Positions 12,413 to 23,919 of a stretch of DNA of 64,000 bases are shown piece by piece. Source of the stretch: Eledone cirrhosa (Eukaryota). The stretch lies in NCBI GenBank assembly GCA_964016885.1, contig OZ024758.1:32674001-32738000 (forward strand), read 5' to 3'. Numbering within the stretch: the stretch's first letter is position 1; the number at the start of each line of letters is the position of its first letter. A program made the position numbers and the translations under genes. Under the pieces are notes generated by a model. It had not been told where the DNA came from. It ran no database searches and saw nothing but the letters and a program-made list of their open reading frames with translations.

Positions 12413-13980
12413 ATATATCAACTATATTTAGTACCTTTATATCATCTATATTTACCTTTATATCAACTATATTTAGTACCTTTATATCAACTATATTTAG
12501 TACCTTTATATCAACTATATTTAGTACCTTTATATCAACTATATTTACCTTTATATCAACTATATTTAGTACCTTTATATCAACTATATTTAGTACCTTT
12601 ATATCAACTATATTTAGTACCTTTATATCAACTATATTTAGTACCTTTATATCAACTATATTTAGTACCTTTATATCAACTATATTTAGTACCTTTATAT
12701 CAACTATATTTAGTACCTTTATATCAACTAAATTTAGTACCTTTATATCAACTATATTTAGTACCTTTATATCAACTATATTTAGTACCTTTATATCATC
12801 TATATTTAGTACCTTTATATCAACTATATTTAGTACCTTTATATCATCTATATTTAGTACCTTTATATCAACTATATTTAGTACCTTTATATCAACTATA
12901 TTTAGTACCTTTATATCAACTATATTTAGTACCTTTATATCATCTATATTTAGTACCTTTATATCAACTATATTTAGTACCTTTATATCAACTAAATTTA
13001 GTACCTTTATATCAACTATATTTAGTACCTTTATATCAACTAAATTTAGTACCTTTATATCAACTATATTTAGTACCTTTATATCAACTATATTTAGTAC
13101 CTTTATATCATCTATATTTAGTACCTTTATATCATCTATATTTAGTACCTTTATATCAACTATATTTAGTACCTTTATATCAACTATATTTAGTACCTTT
13201 ATATCAACTATATTTAGTACCTTTATATCAACTATATTTAGTACCTTTATATCAACTATATTTAGTACCTTTATATCAACTATATTTAGTACCTTTATAT
13301 CATCTATATTTAGTACCTTTATATCAACTAAATTTAGTACCTTTATATCAACTATATTTAGTACCTTTATATCAACTATATTTAGTACCTTTATATCATC
13401 TATATTTAGTACCTTTATATCAACTAAATTTAGTACCTTTATATCAACTATATTTAGTACCTTTATATCAACTAAATTTAGTACCTTTATATCAACTATA
13501 TTTAGTACCTTTATATCAACTATATTTAGTACCTTTATATCATCTATATTTAGTACCTTTATATCAACTATATTTAGTACCTTTATATCATCTATATTTA
13601 GTACCTTTATATCAACTATATTTAGTACCTTTATATCAACTATATTTAGTACCTTTATATCATCTATATTTAGTACCTTTATATCAACTATATTTAGTAC
13701 CTTTATATCATCTATATTTAGTACCTTTATATCAACTATATTTAGTACCTTTATATCAACTATATTTAGTACCTTTATATCAACTATATTTAGTACCTTT
13801 ATATCAACTATATTTAGTACCTTTATATCAACTATATTTAGTACCTTTATATCAACTATATTTAGTACCTTTATATCAACTATATTTAGTACCTTTATAT
13901 CAACTATATTTAGTACCTTTATATTAACTATATTTAGTACCTTTATATCAACTATATTTAGTACCTTTATATCAACTATC
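12413..13980. repeat. 24-bp minisatellite (TATATCAACTATATTTAGTACCTT), about 65 copies
   Basis: Direct reading, with recurring variants CATC for CAAC, CTAAAT, and a 3-bp deletion. Confidence 0.98.
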
Positions 13981-14059
13981 ATCATGTCACAAATAAATCT
14001 GAGGGAGTCAACAGAATTCAAAGTATCATACAGTATCAGTATTGTCAATACACTTTGCA

Positions 14060-14632
14060 TACCATCATCACCATTTTACATCAATTTTTCCACTCTAGCA
14101 TGGGTTAGACGAGTTGTCCTGTTGTGGGCAATGCTAGGTCAGGTGACCATTTCTTGCACATACAGAACTGATTTGGGCTTGGTTTCTACAGCTGGATGCC
14201 TTTCCTACGACAACCTCATTTACAGTGAGTACTGGGTGCTTTTTGTCATGACACTTACATGACCATTTTACAGAGTGAACTGGGTGTTTTTTGTTGTGAC
14301 ACCTACACGACCACTTTACAGAGTGGACTGGGTGCTTTTTGTTGTGACACCTACATGACCACTTTACAGTGTGGACTGGGTACTTTTGTCGTGACACCAA
14401 CATGACCACTTTACAGTGTGTACTGAGTGCTTTTTGTCGTGACACCAACATGACCATTTTACAAGGTGGACTGGGTGCTTTTTGTTGTGACACTTACATG
14501 ACCACTTTACAGTGTGGACTGGGTGCTTTTTGTTGTGACACCAACATGACCATTTTACAAGGTGGACTGGGTGCTTTTTATTGTGACACTTACATGACCA
14601 CTTTACAGTGTGGACTGGGTGCTTTTTGTTCG
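14060..14632 (-). repeat. RTE 3'UTR fragment with a 48-bp unit expanded to about 9 copies
   Basis: Unit CTGGGTGCTTTTTGTTGTGACACYWACATGACCAYTTTACAGTGTGGA. The same unit occurs 1-3 times in RTE 3'UTRs and CORE-SINEs here. Confidence 0.85.
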
Positions 14633-15141
14633 CATAGCAATTTTACCATAGCTTCATTCTTTCTGTCATAATACAAGAAAACCTACTTGATATGTATCAT
14701 TTTGCATATATGCTTGCCATCACATGTATAAATGATTATATTGAGGGATCTTCTATGTGTAGTGGCCACATGACTTCAAATTACATTCTACCAACTTGAA
14801 AAAGAAGAAAGGACAGATTGGATAATTGGATAATGGCAACCGATATTCAGAAAAAAATGGGATGAAACACCTTTCATCATATGTCTACTTAACCAGGTCA
14901 GTCTTGGAGCTACAACAACCATTCTTATGTATAAAAGAGCTCTGTTATTAAAAAAATCATAATTTGTGTTGGTGAGTCAACCTTGTTATTTAAAGATATA
15001 ATTTGTTTTGGACATGAAACTCATTACTAAGAATATAGATTTTTAATGGAAGTGAGGGTGGAGTGAGGGTGGGGTGGGGTGAGGGTGGGGTGAGAATACA
15101 TATATAAATACACACACATAGAGAAGTAATAATAACAAAAG

Positions 15142-15181
<40 letters not shown>

Positions 15182-15441
15182 TTTCTTTATTAACCACAAG
15201 GGTTTACATAAAGTAGACATTAAGGACAGTGCAGGACAATGCAGGACGGTACAAATGGGCATTTCTGCGTGTAAAAAAACAAAAACAGAGGATGTAACAA
15301 AAATAACAATGAAAATAACAATGAAAAATTCCCCAATAGGGGGGAGACTTCGGAGGGACATTTGTGGAGAAAGCCCAGTAAAAAGCCACAATGACCCTGA
15401 CCACCAAGGCAAGTGCCCTCTCCCAGTTTTCCACCTTTAGT

Positions 15442-18400
15442 TTACAGATATATACTCAGAGTCGGCCCATTCACTCGGGCCATTCTTGCTTCTCTCACCC
15501 ATCTTTCAACAAAATGCTGGGAAGAGAGCACTTCCTTCTCTACTCTGATTTTCCTTTTCAAATGAAATTTGAAAAAGTCAATCAGAGCATCACCGAAGAG
15601 GTAAGTGCTCGTCTTCAGCCCTTTCAAACGTGTCCACCATACTATCTCTTTCGCCATGGCCACCAGGCAGATGAAAACTGCCTGCCCTTCCCGGCTAAAG
15701 GAGGAGGGCGGGGCAATCCTCACGATGGACTCAGATGATAGCTGGATCCGTCCTAAACGCGACAGCAGGTGTTCGACATAAACCCACAAGTCAGCAATTT
15801 TCGGACACTGGACGAGTGCGTGCAGGACGGTTTCGTCGCCCTGCGCGCATCTCGGACATGCCCGGCTGACGGCACCTCCATGCCTGTAGAGTTTATCCCG
15901 AACTGGCAAGGCTCCTCGGTAGCACTGCCAGGCCAGAGATTTCTGGAAGTTGTCCATAGGCCCTGGCCCGAAAGTTCTTCCGAAGAGATTGGCTAGTTGA
16001 TTTTCGTCGACGCCTAGAGTTTCCCCAAGTACGTCGTCGCTCTTCCCCTCCACTAATCCTCTATAGAACGCCGAGGTGGAGTTTCCACCAATCACATTGC
16101 CCGATTGGTCGAGGGCTGTGAGCGCCTGAAGACATTCCAGTCTCCAGGCGCTCCCTCTCGGTCTTCGCTTGACCCAGGACAGCAGCTCCGTCAAGGAAAC
16201 GAGCTGGGGAAACACGCGTCTAGCAAACGGCGACCACACCTGATCACCGTCGAGGAAGAGGTGGAGATGTCGTAGCCTGAGCGCGTGCCTGCGCATCATC
16301 AGCCACGGCATGCCCAGCCCTCCACGTAGCGGGTGTTGACAACAGATGGACCGCCTGACCATCGGAGCGCGTCCCTTCCACAAAAAGCGAAAGAGCAAAC
16401 GCTCCAGCACAGTCAGGCGAGGCTTAGGACAAGGTACGACGGTCAGGCGGTAGTAGATGACGGACGCGATGTACGCGTTAGCCACCTCCGCTCGACCTTT
16501 CAGGGATAGCTTCCTCTCGGCCCATTTCTGGGTGAGAGAAGCCACCCTGCTCGTCACCTCGTCCCAGTTTTTGTCCGTCTGGAGGTCCGGACCGAACCAG
16601 ACCCCTAGCAATTTAACCGGTCCGTCCGTCCAGCGTCCGACGACGCTGTTGGACGGCATGGACCTGCCTCTCCAGGTGCCGAGCTGCAGGCCCACTGACT
16701 TTTCCTGGTTGATCATTGCTCCTGTCACCGCTTCGTATTCTCTTAGTGTAGTGCCGATCGCCTCGATGTGTTTGGCGTTCGACACCACTACGGTGACATC
16801 GTCCGCATATGCTGATACGGATCTTCCGCATCCTAGTTCGCGCGGGACCCCCCTCAACGTCTCCAGTTTGTGCAGTAATGGCTCGAGAGTCAATACGTAC
16901 AAGAGGGACGAGAGGGGACATCCTTGGCGGACCGAGCGCATGATGTTGAACGGTTCCGACAGGTGACCGTTCACTCTCACCACAGAGCAGATGTTGCTGT
17001 GCATGGCAGCGATCCAGCCTCTGAAGACGGGCCCAAAGCCAGCCGCCCTCAGGACTGCCGCTAGGTAACGATGGTCGACCCTATCGAAAGCTTTCGACTG
17101 ATCTAAATTGATCAAGGACCCACCCGTGCCAGGTTCCCTAGCTACCCTCTCTACGATGTATCGCATGATGTGGAGGTTGTCGTGGATGGATCTGTCGGGA
17201 ATGGCGCATGTCTGCGCCTCTCCCACCAGACCACCAACGACAAGCGCCAACCTCTTTGCTAGCACCTTGGCCAAAATCTTAAACTCTGTGTTTAGCAGAG
17301 TTATGGGCCGGAAATTGTCTATGTTATCCCCCTTGTTCGGATCCTTTCTCAGCAGTGCCACCGCTCCTCGGCTCACAGAACTGGGAATTCTCCCGTTCTG
17401 TTGCCAGTTGCAGTAGACGTCCGCCAAGAGGCCTCCGAACAAGTCTGGCATCTGTACGTAAAGTTCATAGGGCAGACCATCCAAACCAGGCGATTTACCC
17501 CTTGTGCAGCCAGTCATTGCCTCCCTTACTTCAGCGGCTGTTATCGGCTTTTCGCAACACTTCGCCTCAGTGGCCGAGAGCCGCGGCAGTCCGTCGAGGT
17601 AGACACTAAAGTCCATCCCTCTACCCGGCCCACCGCTGCCCCCGAACAGCTGAGCGAAGTGTCGCTGAAAAGCTTCACACATTTGCCCGGGATCGAGTAG
17701 CATGCGCCCGTCGTGGTCCACCAAAGACCGGATCGTGGCTTTGTTGCCACGACGCGCCTCCGCCACTCGGGCCCATTGAACGGCTTTCGTCCCCTCGTGT
17801 CTGAGAGCACGCACCCTAGCTCTGACAACGCAGCCTTCGTGCTTTGCATTGAAGAATTGGTCAAGGGCCAATTTCGCCGCAAGCACGTCGGTCGCAATGC
17901 CTTTGCTAAGCGCCTCGTCTAATTTTCTAACTAGTTCTCCCTCTGCTCTATTTTTCTCTATTGCTAAAGCCTTACTAAACCTAATCGATTCTATTCTAAT
18001 CGCTCTTTTCAGAGCAAACCACCACTTGTTGTTGACGATGGCCCCCGTCAACGCCCGCTTGACTAGTTCGCTAATCCGGTCTCTGTAGGCCTTGCGCGCT
18101 GGTAAGGACGCGTTTAGCTTCCAGTAGCCGGGTCCTCGTCTATGAAGCCTATCTAAGTCAAGCACACAGATCACGAATTTGTGGTCCGTGTAGCTGACTA
18201 TCTTGAATTGTGGACAGCCTATGCTAGACCTATCTATTTCCCTACAAAATACTCTATCTAGATATGATCTGGATGACCCTATGCGGTTTGTCCAAGTCCA
18301 CATTGGCACATTCGGGAAATCCAATCGGTACCTGTCAGACAGTTCAAAACGCCTGAGCAGGTTGGTGAGGCTCTTGCACCCTCCACCCCTATCCGCTAAT

Positions 18401-18861
18401 CCCACACAGTCCCAGCGTGCATCTAAGATCCCGTTCCAGTCGCCCACTAACACTAAAGAGCGGGACGTTCCAAGAAAGGTCTCCAGACGCCGGAAGAAAT
18501 CAGGCCGCCCTGCTCCTGTCGGGGCATAGACGGCCACTAGCCTGAAAGCTTGCCCGTCTCCGCTGGTCACGTCCAGCACCACCAGCTTACCCTCTGGGTC
18601 CAGGAAGATGGCCCGTATGGCGAGATCCAAACCTCTCCGAAAAAGCACAGCAACTCCTCCACCCGATCCAGGACGGCTGGGAGATGCGTACACATCGTAG
18701 CCGCCGAAGATCGGTACGAAGGCCCGTGCTTCGGAGATTCTGGTCTCGCTGATGGCCACTACATCTATGTTTAGTGACCTGAGGTCGTTGAGCAGGTGAC
18801 CCTGCTTCCATGACGACCCCAAGCCACGCGCATTTATGCTGCCTATTCTGAGTGAGGTCAT
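15442..18861 (-). CDS. L1/Tx1 ORF2: APE endonuclease, reverse transcriptase and C-terminal CCHC (1139 aa)
   Basis: SINARGL, SET, VYAP, GDWN, SYLDR, TDH (APE). KSPGLDG, RPITLLN, DQSKAFDRV, VRQGCPLS, AYADD (RT). CPRCAQGDETVLHALVQC. Confidence 0.96.
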   Translation of the reverse strand: MTSLRIGSINARGLGSSWKQGHLLNDLRSLNIDVVAISETRISEARAFVPIFGGYDVYASPSRPGSGGGVAVLFRRGLDLAIRAIFLDPEGKLVVLDVTSGDGQAFRLVAVYAPTGAGRPDFFRRLETFLGTSRSLVLVGDWNGILDARWDCVGLADRGGGCKSLTNLLRRFELSDRYRLDFPNVPMWTWTNRIGSSRSYLDRVFCREIDRSSIGCPQFKIVSYTDHKFVICVLDLDRLHRRGPGYWKLNASLPARKAYRDRISELVKRALTGAIVNNKWWFALKRAIRIESIRFSKALAIEKNRAEGELVRKLDEALSKGIATDVLAAKLALDQFFNAKHEGCVVRARVRALRHEGTKAVQWARVAEARRGNKATIRSLVDHDGRMLLDPGQMCEAFQRHFAQLFGGSGGPGRGMDFSVYLDGLPRLSATEAKCCEKPITAAEVREAMTGCTRGKSPGLDGLPYELYVQMPDLFGGLLADVYCNWQQNGRIPSSVSRGAVALLRKDPNKGDNIDNFRPITLLNTEFKILAKVLAKRLALVVGGLVGEAQTCAIPDRSIHDNLHIMRYIVERVAREPGTGGSLINLDQSKAFDRVDHRYLAAVLRAAGFGPVFRGWIAAMHSNICSVVRVNGHLSEPFNIMRSVRQGCPLSSLLYVLTLEPLLHKLETLRGVPRELGCGRSVSAYADDVTVVVSNAKHIEAIGTTLREYEAVTGAMINQEKSVGLQLGTWRGRSMPSNSVVGRWTDGPVKLLGVWFGPDLQTDKNWDEVTSRVASLTQKWAERKLSLKGRAEVANAYIASVIYYRLTVVPCPKPRLTVLERLLFRFLWKGRAPMVRRSICCQHPLRGGLGMPWLMMRRHALRLRHLHLFLDGDQVWSPFARRVFPQLVSLTELLSWVKRRPRGSAWRLECLQALTALDQSGNVIGGNSTSAFYRGLVEGKSDDVLGETLGVDENQLANLFGRTFGPGPMDNFQKSLAWQCYRGALPVRDKLYRHGGAVSRACPRCAQGDETVLHALVQCPKIADLWVYVEHLLSRLGRIQLSSESIVRIAPPSSFSREGQAVFICLVAMAKEIVWWTRLKGLKTSTYLFGDALIDFFKFHLKRKIRVEKEVLSSQHFVERWVREARMARVNGPTLSIYL

Positions 18862-18896
18862 GTTTAAAATAGAGTGGAAAAGATGGGAAAGACCAC

Positions 18897-20993
18897 TTAC
18901 CGTACTTTTGGTAGAGGAGGGATGGTTTTTACATCCCTTTTCACTTGATCGTCTGGTGAAGGGACCGTTGAATCGTCCCTTCGGCTGGTCGTCGGCTCTT
19001 CTAAGAGAATGTCTGAGTATACTCTTCGATTGATGGTTCCTCCTAGGTCCCTGAAATCACCAACTGCGTTGGGGAATTTCGTTTTAATATTTGTGTATTG
19101 TTTCTGTGCTATTTTTAGCAGTCTTATGTTAGTTGGCGTTTTGATTGGTGCTGGTATTATGTAGTCCTGTTGTGAAATGTCTGTGTGTTCAATTATGTAA
19201 GTCATTAGTTTCTTGTTGTGTGTATTTATTGCCGTGCATTTGTTTTTCTGGGGGTGGGGTGTGGTTCTGCTATTTTCTTGTCGTTGTTGCTGGGTGTGTG
19301 TGTTTTGTTGTTGTGTTTGCGATGTTGGTGCTTGTGGTGGTGGTGTTGAAGGTGTTGTTGGCGGTGGGGTTGTCGCCGGTGGTGATGGTGGCGCTAGTGT
19401 GGGTGGTGATGGTGTTGGTGTTGTTGCTGCTGTGGGTCTCTTTGCAGTAGACTTTACCCTTTTCTCATTTCTTTCCTCCCTTTTCAAAGGCGACGATGCG
19501 CTGCTTCTGCGTTTGTGCCTTCTTACGACCTTTTGCCATCTCTCTCCCACCTCACACTCCATGTCTGATTCTGTGAGGTCGGGGAGGGGTACCAACTCCA
19601 CTCTTTCACTTGTTGTTGTTGGTGATGTTTGCACTGGAGTCTCTGTTGCAGCTGCATTTGGTATTGCTGTTGTTGTTGTTAGTATTTCCACTGCTGCTGC
19701 TGTTTTTGATTTCCGTGGAGTGGGTATGGGTGCCACGGGCCTATCGTTCCTGGTTGCCGCTTGTCCTGTTGCTGGTAGCCGTGGAGCCGGATTCGGAAGG
19801 AGGGGGGTTTTCTCCTTTCTCAGGGTCTTCTCGTTGCAGAAGGCCCTGAGGTGAGTCTTCGATCCACAGCGAAAGCATTTCGGGCGTTTGCCCTCAACAC
19901 TTATGGGCAGTTGAGTGCCGTTATCGAAGTCTATCACATCCGGGATAGCTTCGATGCACTCCTGGTTGGTTTGGATTAGCATCTCAATGGAGGAGCCGAC
20001 CCAATCTTCTCTTACTTTTTTCTGTACTTGCAGTACAGTTGTTTTGTCGTCGATTCCGACGAGGACAGACGCGGCCAGCCAAGAAGGGGTCATTCCGGGG
20101 GGGACGTGGGTCAGTTTGACCCTCACAATTTTTTGCCCGCAGTAGGAGGGCACCAACACCATTTCCTCGCTCCTTAGGGTCACTACTGATTGGGCCTTTG
20201 CCTCCTGGGGTGTGGCAAAAAGTACGTCTACGGTGGCGTATTTTTTGCCTCGGGTGATGTGCGTTTTCCTCTGCCACACAGACCCCAAGGCTTTTTGTAT
20301 TTGGGCCTCTGTGGCTCTTTCCACCCTACGGGATTTTGTACTTACTGTACGGTACGTGACCGTACAGTGCTCTTGGGTTTCGAAAAAATTTTTCGCTGCC
20401 TTGCAGATTGCTCGGTGTCCGTTCTTTGTCACCATCTTCTTCGCTTCCTCTAATTCCTCATTTGTTATGAGGATTGTTTCCAAGTTTTTCGCAATACCTG
20501 CAAATGAGATTGGTTTTTCTCTGCTGTTGTTGTTGTCGTCAGAGCTGCTGGTACTTTTGTTGTTGCTGCAGGTACTACGACTACTGCCTCCGCCGCTGTT
20601 GCTGTGGTTGTTGTTGGTGTTGCTGCTGCTAATGCTGTTGTTGTTTATGCTGCTGGTGATGCTGTTGCGGCTGCTACTGTTGTTTTCATTGTCACTGTTG
20701 CTGTTGTTATTACGGCTGCTACTGCTATTATTCCTGACGTCAGACGAATGAACTGGGTTTTCGTATTTCCCGCACACCTGTTTCGTCGCTGTCGTCGTCG
20801 TCGTGGAGAAACCTTGCACGCTTTGCACGAGACTTTTCTTTTCTTTCGTCACTTGCGAAAGAGAAGGGAGGGAGAGAGACACATTTAAAGAAGGGAGGGA
20901 GAGAGACAATCTTCTCTCTGCTGTAGTGATGATTGAGGAAGAAGAAGACGGAATGAGTGGGAGTGACGTATGAAATTTCTTTTTCGTAGCCAT
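18897..20993 (-). CDS. L1/Tx1 ORF1 (gag-like, one CCHC zinc knuckle)
   Basis: First ATG at 20993 (MATKKK), CFRCGSKTHLRAFC, Ser/Asn-rich and Pro/Thr-rich low-complexity arms; ends 35 nt before ORF2. Confidence 0.88.
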   Translation of the reverse strand: MATKKKFHTSLPLIPSSSSSIITTAERRLSLSLPSLNVSLSLPSLSQVTKEKKSLVQSVQGFSTTTTTATKQVCGKYENPVHSSDVRNNSSSSRNNNSNSDNENNSSSRNSITSSINNNSISSSNTNNNHSNSGGGSSRSTCSNNKSTSSSDDNNNSREKPISFAGIAKNLETILITNEELEEAKKMVTKNGHRAICKAAKNFFETQEHCTVTYRTVSTKSRRVERATEAQIQKALGSVWQRKTHITRGKKYATVDVLFATPQEAKAQSVVTLRSEEMVLVPSYCGQKIVRVKLTHVPPGMTPSWLAASVLVGIDDKTTVLQVQKKVREDWVGSSIEMLIQTNQECIEAIPDVIDFDNGTQLPISVEGKRPKCFRCGSKTHLRAFCNEKTLRKEKTPLLPNPAPRLPATGQAATRNDRPVAPIPTPRKSKTAAAVEILTTTTAIPNAAATETPVQTSPTTTSERVELVPLPDLTESDMECEVGERWQKVVRRHKRRSSASSPLKREERNEKRVKSTAKRPTAATTPTPSPPTLAPPSPPATTPPPTTPSTPPPQAPTSQTQQQNTHTQQQRQENSRTTPHPQKNKCTAINTHNKKLMTYIIEHTDISQQDYIIPAPIKTPTNIRLLKIAQKQYTNIKTKFPNAVGDFRDLGGTINRRVYSDILLEEPTTSRRDDSTVPSPDDQVKRDVKTIPPLPKVR

Positions 20994-21614
20994 GTTTTTT
21001 TGTTTAAAATGAAATTTTGGGTACAAAACCCCAATAACTGGTTATTTAACCCCGAAGGGCCAAATAACGGACAGAAAGACCCCTCTCACGAGGAGGAGGG
21101 TGTCTTTATCAACAATTTGGTTCAAGTTTTAAACAATTTACAATTGTTTTAACGGTTAAAAATTACTATACCTTACAGAGCCGAGCCTCCGTCAACCATG
21201 GCATTCAATAATAATAATAGAAAGATAATAAAAGAGAGGGAAAGAGAGAAGATATAAGAAAATTCACATTATTTATAGAATAACCAAATGCTAAAATATT
21301 GCAATTTATATGTATGTCAGGTGTTCTATAGCTAAATTCTTTTTGTATTTCCTAACTACTTATGCAGCTCCAAATAGCTTACCTATTGTTCCCTATAAAT
21401 TAAATATTATCTGGTCCTACGCAATATAAATTTGAAATCAATGAACAAACATTTTCCCCTAACCTTATATAGAAGCCATATAATCTATGCACCAGGTGTC
21501 CCTGGGTATACCCCCCACCTAAATGAATATATCAGAATGTTGAGTTCTAGCTCACTTTGAATATATATACTGCATAATCTTTTTTGAGTTATTGAATTTA
21601 TGCTGCAAATTACA

Positions 21615-23075
21615 TAACTTTCAAACTGGCTGTATCCAGCCAGAATTCTCTCACCTCTTTCTATTCAAACTGGCCATAACTAGCTACTCATATTTATGTT
21701 AAAGTATTGTTCTCAAAATAAATAATATCAAAATCTCATAGATCCGATATTATGTGAGATAAAGTGTTTACTGTGAAAATACAATAGTATATATATAGTA
21801 ATGTAAATGGTATGTGAGATAAAGCCTTTACTCTGAAAATACAATAGTATATATATAGTAATGTAAATGGTAGGTGAGGTAAAGCCTTTACTGTGAAAAT
21901 ACAATAGTAAATATAGAGTAATGTAAATGTTATGTGAGATATTATGTGAGGTAAAGCCTTTACTGTGAAAATACAATAGTATATATAGAGTAATGTAAAT
22001 GTTATGTGAGATATTATGTGAGGTAAAGCCTTTACTGTGAAAATACAATAGTATATATAGAGTAATGTAAATGTTATGTGAGATATTATGTGAGGTAAAA
22101 CCTTTACTGTGAAAATACAATAGTATATATATAGTAATGTAAATGTTATGTAAGATATTATGAGGTAAAGCCTTTACTGTGAAAATACAATAGTATATAT
22201 AGAGTAATGTAAATGTTATGTGAGATATGTGAGGTAAAACCTTTACTGTGAAAATACAATAGTATATATAGAGTAATGTAAATGTTATGTAAGATTTTAT
22301 GAGGTAAAGCCTTTACTGTGAAAATACAATAGTATATATAGAGTAATGTAAATGTTATGTGAGGTAAAGCCTTTACTGTGAAAATACAATAGTATATATA
22401 AAGTAATGTAAATGTTGTGTAAGATATTATGAGGTAAAGCCTTTACTGTGAAAATACAATAGTATATATAGAGTAATGTAAATCTTATGTAAGATATTAT
22501 GAGGTAAAGCCTTTACTGTGAAAATACAATAGTATATATAGAGTAATGTAAATGTTATGTGAGGTAAAGCCTTTACTGTGAAAATACAATAGTATATATA
22601 AAGTAATGTAAATGTTGTGTAAGATATTATGAGGTAAAGCCTTTACTGTGAAAATACAATAGTATATATAGAGTAATGTAAATCTTATGTAAGATATTAT
22701 GAGGTAAAGCCTTTACTGTGAAAATACAATAGTATATATAGAGTAATGTAAATGTTATGTGAGGTAAAGCCTTTACTGTGAAAATACAATAGTATATATA
22801 GAGTAATGTAAATCTTATGTAAGATATTATGAGGTAAAGCCTTTACTGTGAAAATACAATAGTATATATAGAGTAATGTAAATCTTATGTAAGATATTAT
22901 GAGGTAAAGCCTTTACTGTGAAAATACAATAGTATATATAGAGTAATGTAAATCTTATGTAAGATGTTATGAGGTAAAACCTTTACTGTGAAAATACAAT
23001 AGTAAATGTTATGTGAGATAAAGTGTTTACTGTGAAAATACAATAGTATATATATAGTAAATGGTAAAGGGTTAA
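21615..23075 (+). repeat. piggyBac-type MITE with an internal 60-71-bp unit expanded to about 20 copies
   Basis: The array flanks match the unexpanded element at 31770-31976. It ends AAATGGTAAAGGG-TTAA, and the left terminus is seen at 47720-47784. Confidence 0.85.
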
Positions 23076-23777
23076 CCTAAATCTATAACAATTCTCTGTG
23101 GTCAACTTTGCCTTTTACCCATTCAAGAAAAAGTACCAGTCTAGTACTGGGGTATATTCTTCCTCTATATCTCTTTCTCACTTCCATTCTCTCACTTTCT
23201 ATCTTTCTCTGGATGAAATCTGCTGTATTCAGACCTAGAGAGAAGATGGATTCTGTCAGGTTTAAAAATGTCCTAGAAATGCTGTATATCAATATGATGC
23301 CCAAGTTATGGGGCTATGCAGGCATGCATAACAATTTTCTCAAATCAAACCATTACAAGTTTTTTTTTATAAACCCTCACTCATCCAATCATATTAAGTA
23401 TGGATGTCAGCATAAGGAAGACTTTAAGAGGCTTAAACTTGGGGTGGCCCTCAAACTGTACTCTGATGAATTATTTTTATTTATTTTTTTTTTTATTCCA
23501 GATCACTGTGCCATCTTGCCTAACTCAAAACTCACAGCGTCTTCATCCAAATACTGTTGTGGCTCCATAAATAAGGAAGTCTTCCTACAGTCATATCTTC
23601 CTCAAACCGCCAGACTTTGGAACTCTCTTCCATCTCATTGTTTTCCTCCTTCATATCACCTGAACTCTTTAAATCTAAAGCAAATTCATTCCTTTTGTCT
23701 TAATTTCTCCTTCTTCATAGTCCCTTACACTAAGTGGCTTCATGATTTGTTTGGGACTTTCAAAAAAAGAATATATA

Positions 23778-23862
23778 TACCGTGTGTCCCCCACAAAAAA
23801 AGTACACACACTTCAACAGCATTCTAATAAATATGTATATACAATTTGGGGGACACCCTGTA
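23778..23862. mobile_element. Very short Tc1/mariner-type MITE
   Basis: TA-CCGTGTGTCCCCCA ... TGGGGGACACCCTG-TA. Confidence 0.55.
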
Positions 23863-23919
23863 TTTAAAAAATAAAAAAAAACTTACTGAGTGAAATTATG
23901 TTGATGATAACTGCTTAGA

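Larger units (their letters stand above)
15180..21206 (-). mobile_element. Full-length L1/Tx1-clade non-LTR retrotransposon
   Basis: Two intact ORFs, AATAAA at 15186-15191 (minus), and (AAT)n abutting both ends. Confidence 0.93.

Noticed and set aside
12353-14262. 524-619 aa ORFs on both strands
   Set aside because: They are translations of the 24-bp array, which lacks stops in three frames. There is no coding evidence. It is also not a CRISPR array, because there are no unique spacers.
19145-20888. Plus-strand ORFs over Tx1 ORF1
   Set aside because: Antisense shadows of low-complexity codons.
23108-23827. 239-aa ORF
   Set aside because: It runs through a SINE fragment, T-runs and a LINE-like 3' remnant (LPQTARLWNSLP); not a coherent protein.
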